From NCBI GenBank assembly GCA_963700185.1, contig CAVOWP010000029.1, positions 35,521 through 99,520 of the forward strand: a stretch of 64,000 nt of DNA. Direction: 5' to 3'. Numbering within the stretch: the stretch's first letter is position 1; each line of letters starts with the position of its first letter. Below the pieces are notes generated by a model. The model was not told where the DNA came from. It searched no databases and was given only the letters and a program-made list of their open reading frames with translations. The position numbers and the translations under genes are program-made. Positions 19,653 through 30,497 of this stretch are shown piece after piece. This DNA is from an uncultured Alphaproteobacteria bacterium (GTDB taxonomy: Bacteria; Pseudomonadota; Alphaproteobacteria; ATCC43930; CGMCC-115725).

Positions 19653-20521
19653 TTAGGCGACCCCGTGATCCTTGAACCAGGCCAGCATTCTCGCCCAGCC
19701 GTCCTTGGCGGCGTCGGCGCGATAGCTCGGGCGGTAGTCGGCGTTGAAGCCGTGCGGGGCGTCGGGGTAGACCGCGAATTCACAGGTCTTGCCGGCCGCC
19801 TTGCACGCGGCCTGGCGCTTTTCGATCGTCTCTTGCGGGATGCTCTGATCGGCGCCGCCATAGAGGGCGAGCACCGGGCATTTCACATCGGCGGCGATGT
19901 CGAGCGGGTTCTTTGGCGTCAGCTCGCTCGGCTTGCGGTCGGACCCGTACCACGCGACCGCGGCCTTCAGATCCGGGTTGTGCGCGGAATACATCCAGGT
20001 CGCCCAGCCGCCCCAGCAGAAGCCGGTCACCGCGAGCTTCGCGGTGTCGGCCTTGCCCGATGCCTTGGCATAGGCGACCGCCGCGTCGAGGTCGGACATC
20101 ACCTGATCGGTCGGGACCTTGACGACGATCTTCTGGATCAGCTCCTGAATGTCGCTGATCTCCGACGGGGTTCCCTTGCCGCGTAGAGCTCCGGAGCGAT
20201 CGCGTAATAGCCGGCCTTGGCCAACCGGCGGCAGATGTCCTTGATGTGCTCGTGCACGCCAAAGACCTCCTGCACGACGAGCACGGTCGGGAAGGGCCCG
20301 CCCTGCGCCGGCATCGCGCGATAGGCCGGGATCGATCCGTCGGCAACCGGAACCTTGACCTCGCCCGCGTCCAAGCCGTTCGTGTCGGTCGTGATCGTCT
20401 CGGCCGAGACCGGCTGCATCGACAGCGCAAAACCGGTAATCAGCGACGTCATGACAAACCCGCGCCGGCTCCATTGCGTGCGCGTCGAAAATCCTTCCAA
20501 TCCGATTTCCGGCCCGTCCAT
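19653..20521 (-). CDS. dienelactone hydrolase family protein, Tat-signal (two +1 insertions near 20165-20190)
   Basis: N-terminus in ORF 20138..20539 (..[69 protein letters not shown]). C-terminus in ORF 19653.. (..[25 protein letters not shown]). Confidence 0.85.
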
Positions 20522-20610
20522 GGCGTCCCTCCCTCTCATTTCGCATCGAGCGAAGTAATTTCCTGTTCTCAGCCCCGCTCAGCAAGGGCTGATCACCGAA
20601 GAGTGACCGC

Positions 20611-23600
20611 TCAGTAATCGTAATTGTAGTTGAGGCCGATGCCGGTGCTGCCGGATTGGCCGGCCTCGCCTTGCACCGTCAGATGCGGGCGCAACTCGAT
20701 TTCCACCGTGACCTTGCTGGTCGGCGGCGAGAGCCCCTGGCTGACGCCGACGGAAACCCCCGGCGCGACGTATTTCCCGGCGCTGAGCGCCGTGCCGCCG
20801 GTGGCAGAGCCGGTCGCTGCCCGCGGGTTGAGGGTGGTGCTCGCCGGCCCGCTCGGGCCCGAGCCGAGCCTGAACCAGTCGAGGCCGAGGCCGCCGCGCA
20901 AGCGGTCGAGGACACCGGGACCGCCGCCGGCGAGGGTGCCGGCCGCCGCGGCGAGCTGGATCCCTTCTCCGGCCGAGATCTGGCCGACCCCGCGGTTGAA
21001 CAAGACGCGCGCCAGGATCTCGTCCTGCGGCACGGAGGGTGTCGAGGACAATGTGATCTTCGGCGCCGAGGCGAGATCCGCTGATGTTGACTTGCGCCGT
21101 GATATCGGCGGCGCTCGCCTCGGCGACGATGTCGAGCACCGGGTCGAGCTTCGGGCTGCCATCGAAGGTGATCGCGCCTCGGGTCAGGGTGAAGGTCTTC
21201 CCGAGCAGATCGACGCTGCCGCGGATCTGCTCCAGAGAGCCGGCTATGACCGGAGCGGCGCTCGTCCCGGTGATCGTCAGGCGGCCGCGCCATTCGCTCT
21301 CCAGCCCATGCCCCCGCACGAAGATGTTGCCGGGCATGTCGAGAGCGATGTCGAGGGTCGCGGGAAGCGCCGGTTGATTGTCGGCGGCGGCGGGCAGGGG
21401 AGCCTTGCCGCCTTTGCCGTTTTTTTCGACGACCTTCAGCACCACCACATTGGGCGGCAGGCTATCCGGCAGGCTGATGTCGGCGCGATCGACGGTGAGC
21501 GGCGCGGTGACCTTCGGCGCCGTCAGCGGACCGGCGATCGCCACGGTTCCGCTCGCCGTCGCGACCGCCTCGTCGCGTGCGGCGACCCGGAAGTTGGCGA
21601 GCGTCGCGGAGAGTTGGGCGGTGGGGCCCGCTGGGACCGCTCAAGACGACGTTGCCCTGCGCCTTCAGGCTTCCGCTCGCACTGTCTGCCGCCGAGAACG
21701 AGGTCAACGTGAAGCGGTCGCGATCGCCGACGAGATCGGCTTGCATGTTGTTGAGGACTGCTCCGGTCGCGAAATTCTCGTAATGCCCGTCGGAGAGCCT
21801 GAGGCGACCTCTCGCAGCAGGCGATGCGACCGTGCCGCCCACCGCGGCGTCGGCCGCGAAGTGACCGCTGACCCGGTCCTCGCCCAATGGCAGAAGATCG
21901 GCCAGGTGCTCGATCTGTCCGGCGCCCTGGACCTGCAGCGCGAGCCGGCCGTCGGACGGCACCGAAATCCCGAGCGGCGCGGGGGTCAGCAGCAGCGGAA
22001 CCGAGCCCGTCAGCGCGACTTGATCCCCCTCGAGCCCGGTGACCTGCCCTTTGACATCGAGATTGCGGCCGTTCCAACTGCCGTCGACCGCGAGCCCCAG
22101 ACCCTTCAGCCGCGAATGTCTCGCCGAGGCGACGGTAAGTTCGCGGGCATTCAGCGACATACGGCCTTGCGGAGCGCGAAGGGTTCCGCCGAGGGTCGCG
22201 GCCGCGTTCAAGGTGCCGCGCACGTTGCGGTAGCCGGCGAGGCGCCCCGCCGACGCGATCGGCAGGTTGGCCGCATTCAAGGCGAGCGACACCGAGTCCC
22301 CCCGCACCCCGCCACTGCCGGTGATCCGACCCGCGCCAAAGTCCAATGCGAGACCGGAAAACGCGAGGTCTCCGCCGTGTTTGGACAGAGTGAGCGGCTG
22401 CTCGAGCGACAGGCGCTCGCCGCCCAAGGATCCGGCGAGCCGGTTGAGGCGGAGGTCGGCCCGGCCCGGTTCGAGCGCGCCGTCGCCGGCCAGAGCGACC
22501 GTCAAGGGCTGGCCCTTGGCATCCCCCTGGAACACGAAGCGGCCCGGCCGCGGCGCATCCAAGCTCAGGGTTGCCGTGGCGAGCTCGCTCGCGCCGAAAC
22601 TGGCGGTGCTCAGCGACAGGCGCGCGCTCCCCGAGGGAGCCCGCAATATGTCGGCGAAACGTGCCGTCACCGCGAGGCGGCCCGCCGCGATCCGCGAAGA
22701 TCCGGCGCCGGCGGCGAGCTTGGTTCCGTTTGCCGAGACATCGACCAGCTGCCCGCCGGGCGCGTCCAATCCGACACCGAACTCCAGACTCCCGCCGAGT
22801 GGTGTGCCGGCGAGCTTGGACAAAGCCGCGAGATCGGCCGACCGGCCGGCGACCGAACCTCGCATCAGGCCGGTGTCGAGGGCGATCCGAAGACTGCCGT
22901 CGATTGTGCTGTCCGCAGCAGCCAGCCGGAAACGCGGCAGCACCAGCTCGGAATTCCCCTTCGGCTCCGCGGCAAGCGTCAGTTTTCCGTCGAGCCCATA
23001 GGCGCGGAAAGTGCCGTCGACCGACGCCTTCGGGTCGAAGAGGTCCGCAACTTGCGCGGCGAGCCGCAGCCGATCGAGTTTGGCGCCGGCAGCGGCGAGC
23101 TCGGCGCCATCGATGTCGCCGCTGATCCGCAAATGGTCGAGCGGTCCCGCGAAATTGAGCTGTGCCGAGACCGCCCCCGTCAGGTCGGTGCCGAATGCCG
23201 CTCCGAGCGGCTTCAAATGCGGCAACTCGACAGCGAGCACCGCGGTCAGCTCGTTCGATGCGGGAACAAACCGCGCGTCGCCGGAGAGGCTGACGGCTGC
23301 CCCGGTGACGGCCAGCCGGTCGAGGGTCAGGATATCGGCATCGTCGCGTTCGATTGCGCCGGTGATCGTAGCCGCGCTGCCGAGCAATGCGTCGGCGGCC
23401 GCGATCCCGGTCCTCAGTTCCTTTGCCGAGCCGGCCACCGTCGCCGTGAAACCGGCGGCGCCTTTGCGCTCGGCGTTCGCTTCGAGCTCGACCGAGCCGG
23501 CCAGCGGATGGCCGGCGAAGCCGGAAAACGGGCGAAGATCGGCGATCGTCAGACCGGCGCGCCCCTCGATCGCTCCCGTTTCCGTCATTTGCCCGGAACC

Positions 23601-24968
23601 GGCGAGGGAAATGCCGGCGCCCTCGGCGGAAAGCCGGGTCAGATCGACGGCGCGTCCATCGCGAGCAGCGGTGGCGTCAAGAGACCAAGCGATGTCGCGG
23701 CCGAGCTCGGGAGGCACCGCGACCCCCTCCGGCGCAACCAGCCCGAGGATGCGGCCCGTCGCGGCCAGGTCGATGCGCGTTTCGGGATTGTCGAGAGCAC
23801 CCATCGGGCTTGCTCGGATGTCGGCCTCGACGTGCTCTGCTCCGGAGGAGGCGAGGCGGGTTCCGTCACTCGACAAATTCAGCTCGAGCGATGGCCGGCT
23901 CTCGGTGCCGGTCACCGACGCGATGAGAACAGCCGAGCCGCCGAGCGGCTGGCCAAGCAAGCCCGAAACCATCGAGAGATCCGGGAGATTGGCGTGCAAA
24001 TCCGCCGCGACAGCTTTTTCCGGGCCGCCAATCGCGAAGTGGCCCGTCAAGCTGCCCGCTGCGATCTCGACGGAGAGCGGATCGACGACGATCCCGCCGC
24101 CGAATTTCGCGCTCATGGACAGCGCGACTTGGTCGCCGACCAGCGGCGCGATCTCCGACGGGAGCAATGGGGCAAACCCCGCTGTGCCGGATATCCCGAG
24201 AATGGTTTCGTCCGCTGCGGCAAGCGTCAGATCCGCTGCCAAATGGGCCGACGTACCGGCCGAGGCATTCACCCGGCCGTGCCAATCCGCGAGCGGTCCG
24301 GTGCCGTTTACCGAAATTGTAAGCGGCAGGTGGTCGGTGCGGACGAGCAGCCGGTCGAGTAAGAGGCCAGTGGGCTCGGCGGCATCGAGCTGGAGGCTCA
24401 GCACCGGGGTATCTCCGGCGATCTCCATCGCCAAGAGGATGTTCCCGGCCGAGTTGTCGATGCGGTGCAGATCGAGCGCAATATGCGCCTTGCCGTCCGC
24501 CAGCTCGGCGCTTCCCTCGACCGTCGCGACGACGTTCTCGCCCAACACCGGCGGTGCGAGCGCAAGCTTGCCGATCGACATCCGGTCGAGAGCGACGCCG
24601 AGCGGAAGCCGCGGCACCTTGAGGTAGTCGATGAAAGGCGTCGTCGACGGCGCGGTGCTCGATCGCGCCATATCGACCTCTGCGATCGTCAACGACCGGA
24701 TATGTGCCTTCCCGGCCAGCAGCGCCGACGCCGAGATGTCGAGGCCGGCGTCACGCAAGGTGAGATAGGTGCCGTCGCGATCGCCGATGTCGATCCGTTC
24801 GACAGTCATGCGGAACGGCACAATTCCGTTGAGACCATCGATCGCGATGGTGAAATCCGGATCACTCAAAGCCCGTCCGATTTCTCTGGCTAGCCAAGCT
24901 TTTCCGATTTGCGTCTGCAGGACCGCGAAAACAGCGGCGAAGGAGAGGGCGAGTACGACCGAGCACAA
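20611..24968 (-). CDS. tamB: translocation and assembly module protein TamB (DUF490); at least two +1 frameshifts (about 21615 and about 21075)
   Basis: 1168-aa ORF with an N-terminal membrane anchor and long beta-rich repeats. It continues through ORF 20579..21544 and ends in ORF 20611..21162 with the DUF490 tail (..GKYVAPGVSVGVSQG..VEIELRPHLTVQGEAG..GIGLNYNYDY). Immediately downstream of tamA. Confidence 0.85.
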
Positions 24969-25004
24969 GGCTCAACCCACGAAGGATTTTTCCCGCGCTG
25001 TGCA

Positions 25005-26800
25005 TCAGAAGGCCTGGCCGAGGCTGATATAGACCTGGATCGGGGAATCGGCGCTGCGCTTGTGCAGCGGGGTCGCGAGGTCGAGGCGAAGCGGCCCGAA
25101 CGCCGTGTAATAGCGCAGTCCCAGGCCCACGCCGTAGAGGAGAGTACGGCCGAGCTGCGGCACGGGACTTTCGTAATAGCTGCCGGCGTCGACAAAGGGG
25201 ACGATGCCGATGTTTTCGGTGATCTTGACCCGCGCTTCGAGGTTGAGCACGAAGCTCGATTTGCCGCCGATCGGCTTGTTGCCTAGGTCGAGCGGGCCGG
25301 CCAGCTGGTACCCGTAAGGCCGGATCGAGCCGCCGCCTCCGACATAGATGCGCTGGTCGGCCGGGAGCTCGAAAAGCGGGGCGCCGTCGATCGAGCCAAC
25401 CGCCGCCCTGGCGGCGAGGACCGCACGTTCTTCGGCGCCGAGCGCCCAATAGGTGCTGCCCGAGATCAGGTTCGTGACAAAGGTCAAATTCGGCCTGGAG
25501 AAGGTGTGCGCCGGCGTCACCGCCAGCTGCGCGCGATAGCCGTCGGTCGGGTTCAGCAAATTGTCGGTTTGATCGAACTTCAGGTAGGCCGGCACTCCGA
25601 CCAGCGAATAGTGCTGGGTGCGCTGCGCAGCCGTGATCGAATTCACATTGGCGAGCTGCACGACATTGGCCTTAGTCCCCAGGAGCGAAATGCCGCCGGT
25701 CAAGAAGGAGCCGAAACGCCGCTCCAAACCCGCCGACACGATCGCCCGGCGGCTGTGATAGGCGACCGGCGTGTCATTGGCAATCTCGGCTGTCGCCAAG
25801 AAATCCTGGTCGACCGCCAGAAAATCGGGCCGGCGAAAATTGGCCCTGAACCCAGCGATCTGCTGACCGACCTTCGACGGCGAGCCGCAGATACTCGGCA
25901 TTGCCGAAAAGGTTGCGGTTCTCCCAGAAAGCGCGCGCGGCAGGGCCTTGGCTGGTATTGTAGGCGACGCCGACACCGATCGAGCGGTGCAATCGCTCCG
26001 TCACATCGACCGTCATCCGCACGTCCCCGGGGTTGTCGGGGTCCGCCAGCGGCGTGATCCGGACCGTGCTGAACAGCCCGCTGGCGATCAGCGCGCGACG
26101 GGTCTCTTCGACTTTGGCCTCGTCATAGACCGCACCGCGCTGCCACCGAATTCGTCCCTCTACATAACCCGGTTCGAGCCGCTCGAGCCCGGTGATCGCG
26201 AGCGGGCCAAAATGTTCGCACCGGTCCCGGATCGAGCGTGTATGTCACCTCCATCGTCTGGGCGGTCTTGTCGAGTTCGACCCGGCGATTCTCCACCTTG
26301 GCGAACGGATGACCGCTATCGCCGAGCGCCGCCACCAGCGCCGTTTCGGTTGCGACCACCGGGGCGGTGCGCGCCGGGTCGCCGGGTTTGAGCGGCAGTT
26401 TGGGTTCGTTCGGGATCGCCAAGGGCTGACCGTCCGGGCTCTGAACCGTGACCGAGCCGACATGGTAGAGTGGGCCAGGCTCGACCTTTACCGTGACCTT
26501 TGCCGGTTCGGCCGCGGTGTCGACCTCGTAAGAAAATTCCGCGTCCCAATAGCCGAGGCTGTGTGCGGCGTCCGCAAGCCGGCCGAGATCGCGGTCGGCG
26601 CGCCGGCGCAACGCTTCTTCGGATGCCGGCGGCTTGTCCTCGAGCGTCTTCAGATCGGAGACCTTGTCCAGCAGATCGGCGAGATCGCTGTCTTCCGCGC
26701 CGGTGATCTCGGCCCGGTAATTCAGATCGGCGCGGACAGCCGGACCGGGCACCAGCACCGTGGTCAGCGCTACCGTCAGAAAGAACCGTCTAACCCCCAT
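25005..26800 (-). CDS. tamA: outer-membrane translocation and assembly module protein TamA (Omp85 family); about 2-3 +1 frameshifts
   Basis: Signal peptide MGVRRFFLTVALTTVLVPGPAVRA and a POTRA-like N-terminus (ORF 26123..26833). Middle piece in ORF 25774..26022. The C-terminal bacterial surface antigen barrel is in ORF 25005..25976 and ends ..IQVYISLGQAF. One break sits in a T4 run at about 26210. Confidence 0.85.
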
Positions 26801-26895
26801 TCCGTCCCCCGACCGGGAACGGCGCATCGACACACGTTATTCCCGAGGCCGACCGCGTTTACCAGCAGTTTGACTTGTCTGTCTACACCAACTAT

Positions 26896-27102
26896 TCACT
26901 CGACTAGCTCAGTATCTACCGATTGCTCCATTTCTAGTTTTTCCGAGCGCCCGGTTACGCGCGCGCTGATTAGCCGCCCATCGAGTGGCAGAGCGATCAT
27001 GTCGCCGTTGCCTGGCATTGGCCGACCATAAATTCGGAACTTCCTTTTCGGACCATGCCCATGAGCCAAACGGACATCGTGTGTCACTGCACCTTGTCTC
27101 AT
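26896..27102 (-). CDS. hypothetical small protein (68 aa), atypical codon usage
   Basis: RBS GGGAGACGG 5 nt before ATG 27102. Many A/T-ending codons, unlike the flanking genes. No recognisable family. Confidence 0.35.
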   Translation of the reverse strand: MRQGAVTHDVRLAHGHGPKRKFRIYGRPMPGNGDMIALPLDGRLISARVTGRSEKLEMEQSVDTELVE

Positions 27103-27441
27103 TGTCCGTCTCCCAACTGTTCGGCGAGCTTCACTCCACCTACTCGTTAAACTTGTAACTAATCACGGTTCCGGCGTCGCGGGCGAAAGCGAGCTCTAGT
27201 CTGGATCGCTTGACGTCGCGGCCTCGTCGCCTAAAGGATCCAATTGATCTGTAATCCGGCGTAATTCCGGGTCCAAATCTTGCCGGACCGTCCGATCAGC
27301 AACGCCGGCACGGCCAAAAATGTGCAAAAAATGACACAAGTGAATGACTAGAAATCGACCAATTTACACCGGCTCTAGCCGGCACGACCATCCGGCTCGA
27401 CTGTTGAATAATTTGGGGGCGTATTGGTTAGGAGTTTTCCA

Positions 27442-27663
27442 ATGCGTTCATCTTTTGCCGTAACAACTCCCTTGGTGCTGCTCATGGGTATCGGCATGGC
27501 CGACGCCGCCGATCCGACGCAGCTTGCCGAGACAGGAGGGTTACTCCTGGGCAATGGGTTCCCGTCCTGCACTGTGGTGATCCAGCAATTCGACAGACTC
27601 GAGCGACACCATGACCAGACCCGTAGGAACCGCGAAACCGGGGTCATGAGCCCGGCCTTTTGA
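27442..27663 (+). CDS. hypothetical small secreted protein (73 aa)
   Basis: AGGAG 8 nt before ATG 27442. MRSSFAVTTPLVLLMGIGMADA/ADP is signal-peptide-like. The stop lies in a T4 run, so the true C-terminus is uncertain. Confidence 0.35.
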   Translation: MRSSFAVTTPLVLLMGIGMADAADPTQLAETGGLLLGNGFPSCTVVIQQFDRLERHHDQTRRNRETGVMSPAF

Positions 27664-27827
27664 GTACGCAAATATTGCATCAAGTATCGAACCAGATGCT
27701 TCTATGATCACAAGTAATCTCCATTGTAACATCCGGCGCGGCATCGGAACTCGGTGTTTTTCTCGGGTGTTCCCGAGATGACGCCTTGAGTTGGCAGAGT
27801 GTTGCCGGGAGGAAAGGAGAATGCGCA

Positions 27828-28022
27828 ATGGGACAGTACAACGGGTTGACGCCAGAAGAGCGGGCTAGGATAACGGAAATCCAAGACTTTCTTATAGACC
27901 GATATGTAGAACAAAAGGAAGCACTCGAAAGAGGCGATGGTCTCCGGGCGAAGGAGATTGCGCGCGAAATAAAAGAGCTCCAGCGAGAGAAGGAGGAAAT
28001 CAAAGAGTGGGCGGTGACGTAA
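27828..28022 (+). CDS. hypothetical highly charged coiled-coil protein (64 aa)
   Basis: AAGGAGA upstream of ATG 27828. MGQYNGLTPEERARITEIQDFLIDRYVEQKEALERGDGLRAKEIAREIKELQREKEEIKEWAVT. The stop overlaps the next ORF. Confidence 0.4.
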   Translation: MGQYNGLTPEERARITEIQDFLIDRYVEQKEALERGDGLRAKEIAREIKELQREKEEIKEWAVT

Positions 28023-28030
28023 TCAACAAC

Positions 28031-28327
28031 ATGGGTGAGATCAGAAGGTCGACTCGTGAAGCGCTGCTCGTTGCCGTTATCGGGTGCGCTCTCCTGATTG
28101 GTTTGGGCACCGCGAATGCGCAGACCGGGGGAGCAGTGCAATACCCGCCCGCCTCGGTCGGCGAAGATGCCCAACCTCCGCCACCGGCGAGGACGGTGCC
28201 CCAGAGCATGTCGCCGCGACGGATCGAACTAGGCGTCAGCGGACCAAGCAAGAGACCCGGCTACGCGATCCGAGGCGTCCATCGGAATACATCACCGACA
28301 CCGCCGCCGACGCTAAACGGGAACTAG
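28031..28327 (+). CDS. hypothetical secreted proline-rich protein (98 aa)
   Basis: [34 protein letters not shown] signal peptide followed by P-rich low-complexity sequence. Converges on, and overlaps, the rpmB 3' end by 15 nt. Confidence 0.35.
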   Translation: MGEIRRSTREALLVAVIGCALLIGLGTANAQTGGAVQYPPASVGEDAQPPPPARTVPQSMSPRRIELGVSGPSKRPGYAIRGVHRNTSPTPPPTLNGN

Positions 28328-28642
28328 CGAGAGTGTGCGGCAGGGCAGTCCTAGCCGCAATTCCGCTCCGCCGCCCTTTCGAACTCGGCGCTTTAGGCGA
28401 CGGATCTCCGGCGACAGCTTGCGGTCGGGTGTGTCACGCAGAAGCGAGTCGACGCCGCCTTTGTGCTCGATGGTGCGCAGCGCCGCTGCCGTTATGCGTA
28501 ACCTGACCGATCCCAGCGTATCCGAGAGGACTGAAATCCGCTGCAGGTTCGGCAGAAACCGGCGCTTCGTCTTGATGTTGGAATGGCTGACATTGTGCCC
28601 GACCTGGACGCCCTTGCCGGTGATCCCGCATTTGCGCGCCAT
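28313..28642 (-). CDS. rpmB: 50S ribosomal protein L28
   Basis: [68 protein letters not shown] is the canonical bL28 sequence. Confidence 0.95.
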   Translation of the reverse strand: MARKCGITGKGVQVGHNVSHSNIKTKRRFLPNLQRISVLSDTLGSVRLRITAAALRTIEHKGGVDSLLRDTPDRKLSPEIRRLKRRVRKGGGAELRLGLPCRTLSLVPV

Positions 28643-29071
28643 ACCCACCTCAACCCAACATCGTCAAAAAAGCGCGCGCGACCGCTCTTTTCGGCAACCG
28701 CGCGCTAAGCCGCATTTAGCTTCTTCGGTTGCATATGGTCAAGCCGCCAGCGAGGGACAAGAAAGTTCCGGTGGCGGCGGCCTTTATGCGAAGATCTGCG
28801 CAAGCCTATATTCCCCTTCCCGATCGGCTCCGCGGCATCCCGTCGGCGGAGCGGGTGCGTTCGAAGTGCCCGGTGGCAGGGCGGCGGCGCGCCCGATGGG
28901 TCGACGGAATAAGCCTGCCTCGATCACCCGGCGGCGAACATTCCTCTCATCGCCTTATCGAATGAGGCAAAAATTACGAAATTTTTGGAGGTTATCGGCT
29001 GGCTCGTAAGTGAGCTTAATGCCTGATAGAGGTGATCGCCTATCGTTTGCGGTAGTCAGGAAGGCGGCATC

Positions 29072-30097
29072 TCAACTTTTCAGGAAGGAGGCAAGTAATT
29101 CGCGGGCGGCGGCGGTGGGGGTTTGCGTGCCGGCCATGACCGCACGTTCGAGCGCGGCCAAACGCCGGGTGACCGCGGGAGCAGCGCGGAAGCGATCGAG
29201 GAGGGTATCGCCGATTTCGGACCATAGCGCGGCCCGGGCCTGCTCGGCGCGCCGCTGTGACCAGGCGCCCGTGCCTTCAAGGGCGGCGTGGAAGCGATCG
29301 ACGTCGTCCCAGACTTGGCGAATGCCGGTCCCTTCGAGCGCGGAGACGGCGCGGACCGGGACCTGCCACTCGGGGTAGGGCGGCCGGATCAGCCCCATCG
29401 CACTTGCATAATCGGCGACGGTGCGGTGCGCCGCGGCGGCGAGTTCGCCGTCGGCTTTATTGACCAGGACCAGATCGGCGAGCTCGACAATGCCGCGCTT
29501 GATCCCTTGCAGCTCGTCACCCCCCGCGGGCGGCAGGATCAGGATGAAGATGTCGACGATCTCGGCGACAGCTGTTTCGGCTTGGCCGACGCCAATCGTC
29601 TCGACCAGTATCGCGTCGAACCCCGCCGCTTCGCACAAGAGGATGGCCTCGCGCGTCCGGCGCGCGATGCCCCCACGGCTGTCGCCGGCGGAAGACGGGC
29701 GGATAAACGCCTCCGGCGCACGCGCCAGCTCGGCCATGCGGGTCTTGTCGCCGAGGATCGCGCCGCCGCCGCGCTTTGAGGCGGGATCGACGGCCAGCAC
29801 CGCGATCCGCCGTCCGAGCGCAATGCCTGCGAGGCCAAAGCGCTCGATAAAAGTGGATTTGCCGGCCCCTGGCGGCCCGGAAATGCCGATGCGAAGGGCT
29901 TTCCCGGTTTCGGGCAGGAGCGCCTCGACCAGCCTCTCGGCCTTGTCGCGATGGTCCGGCCGTGACGATTCGACCAGGGTGATGGCCCGCGCGAGCGCCC
30001 GCCGGTCGCCCCGCCGCAGAGCCTGGAGCAGCGCTGTGCCGCTCACCCCATCCGGGCGGGAAAGAAGGACCCGTCGCCGCGCTTGCGGCGCACGCAT
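29072..30097 (-). CDS. meaB: methylmalonyl-CoA mutase-associated G3E GTPase MeaB/ArgK
   Basis: ..ISGPPGAGKSTFIE.. P-loop, ..VLAVDPAS..GGAILGDKTRM.., ..ILVETIGVGQAE.., ..LVLVNKADG.. motifs. Confidence 0.9.
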   Translation of the reverse strand: MRAPQARRRVLLSRPDGVSGTALLQALRRGDRRALARAITLVESSRPDHRDKAERLVEALLPETGKALRIGISGPPGAGKSTFIERFGLAGIALGRRIAVLAVDPASKRGGGAILGDKTRMAELARAPEAFIRPSSAGDSRGGIARRTREAILLCEAAGFDAILVETIGVGQAETAVAEIVDIFILILPPAGGDELQGIKRGIVELADLVLVNKADGELAAAAHRTVADYASAMGLIRPPYPEWQVPVRAVSALEGTGIRQVWDDVDRFHAALEGTGAWSQRRAEQARAALWSEIGDTLLDRFRAAPAVTRRLAALERAVMAGTQTPTAAARELLASFLKS

Positions 30098-30463
30098 TTA
30101 GCGGCCGTTTCCACCAGGATCTTGTCGACGATCTCGACCAGGTGCTGCACGCGGAAGGGCTTCAGCAGATAGTGCTGGCCGCTGATCTGGAGGCGCTCCA
30201 GATGGCGATGATCGCCGGTCACCAGGATCGCGCCGCATCCCTGATCGCGCGCAATCTGCGGCCAGCGCAAAACCATCTTCGTGTCCCGGCTGGGTCACGT
30301 CGATGACGACGATGTCGTAATCGTCCTCGTCGAGCGCGTCTTGCATTTCCGCACCGGTCTTGACCATCGCGAAACGGAAACCTTCGTCGTGGAAAATGTC
30401 GCCCAGCAGATCGCGCACGTCGTCATCGTTTTCGACGATCAGTACCTTGCAAATCCGCGCCAT
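30043..30463 (-). CDS. single-domain response regulator (CheY-like receiver); one +1 frameshift near 30270
   Basis: RBS GAGGGAGA before ATG 30463. MARICKVLIVENDDDVRDLLGDIF..DYDIVVIDVTQPGHEDG in one frame, continued by ..GCGAILVTGDHRHLERLQISGQHYLLKPFRVQHLVEIVDKIL in ORF 30043..30276. The 3' end is uncertain and overlaps the meaB start. Confidence 0.7.
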
Positions 30464-30497
30464 TTGTCTCCCTCGTATCGAGCTTCTGTGCTGTCGT

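Noticed and set aside
21378-24362. 994-aa ORF on the + strand
   Set aside because: It lies entirely antisense to tamB, has Arg/Ala/Gly-rich low-complexity composition, and has no RBS or recognisable domain. This is a typical shadow ORF of high-GC DNA.
28650-29070. Possible cobalamin riboswitch or other RNA element in the 420-nt gap between rpmB and meaB
   Set aside because: Fragments such as GAGGGACAAGAAAGTTCCGGTGG and AAGCCTGCC superficially resemble B12-element pieces. However, the conserved GCCACTG core and the B12 box are absent, and no gene lies downstream in the right orientation.
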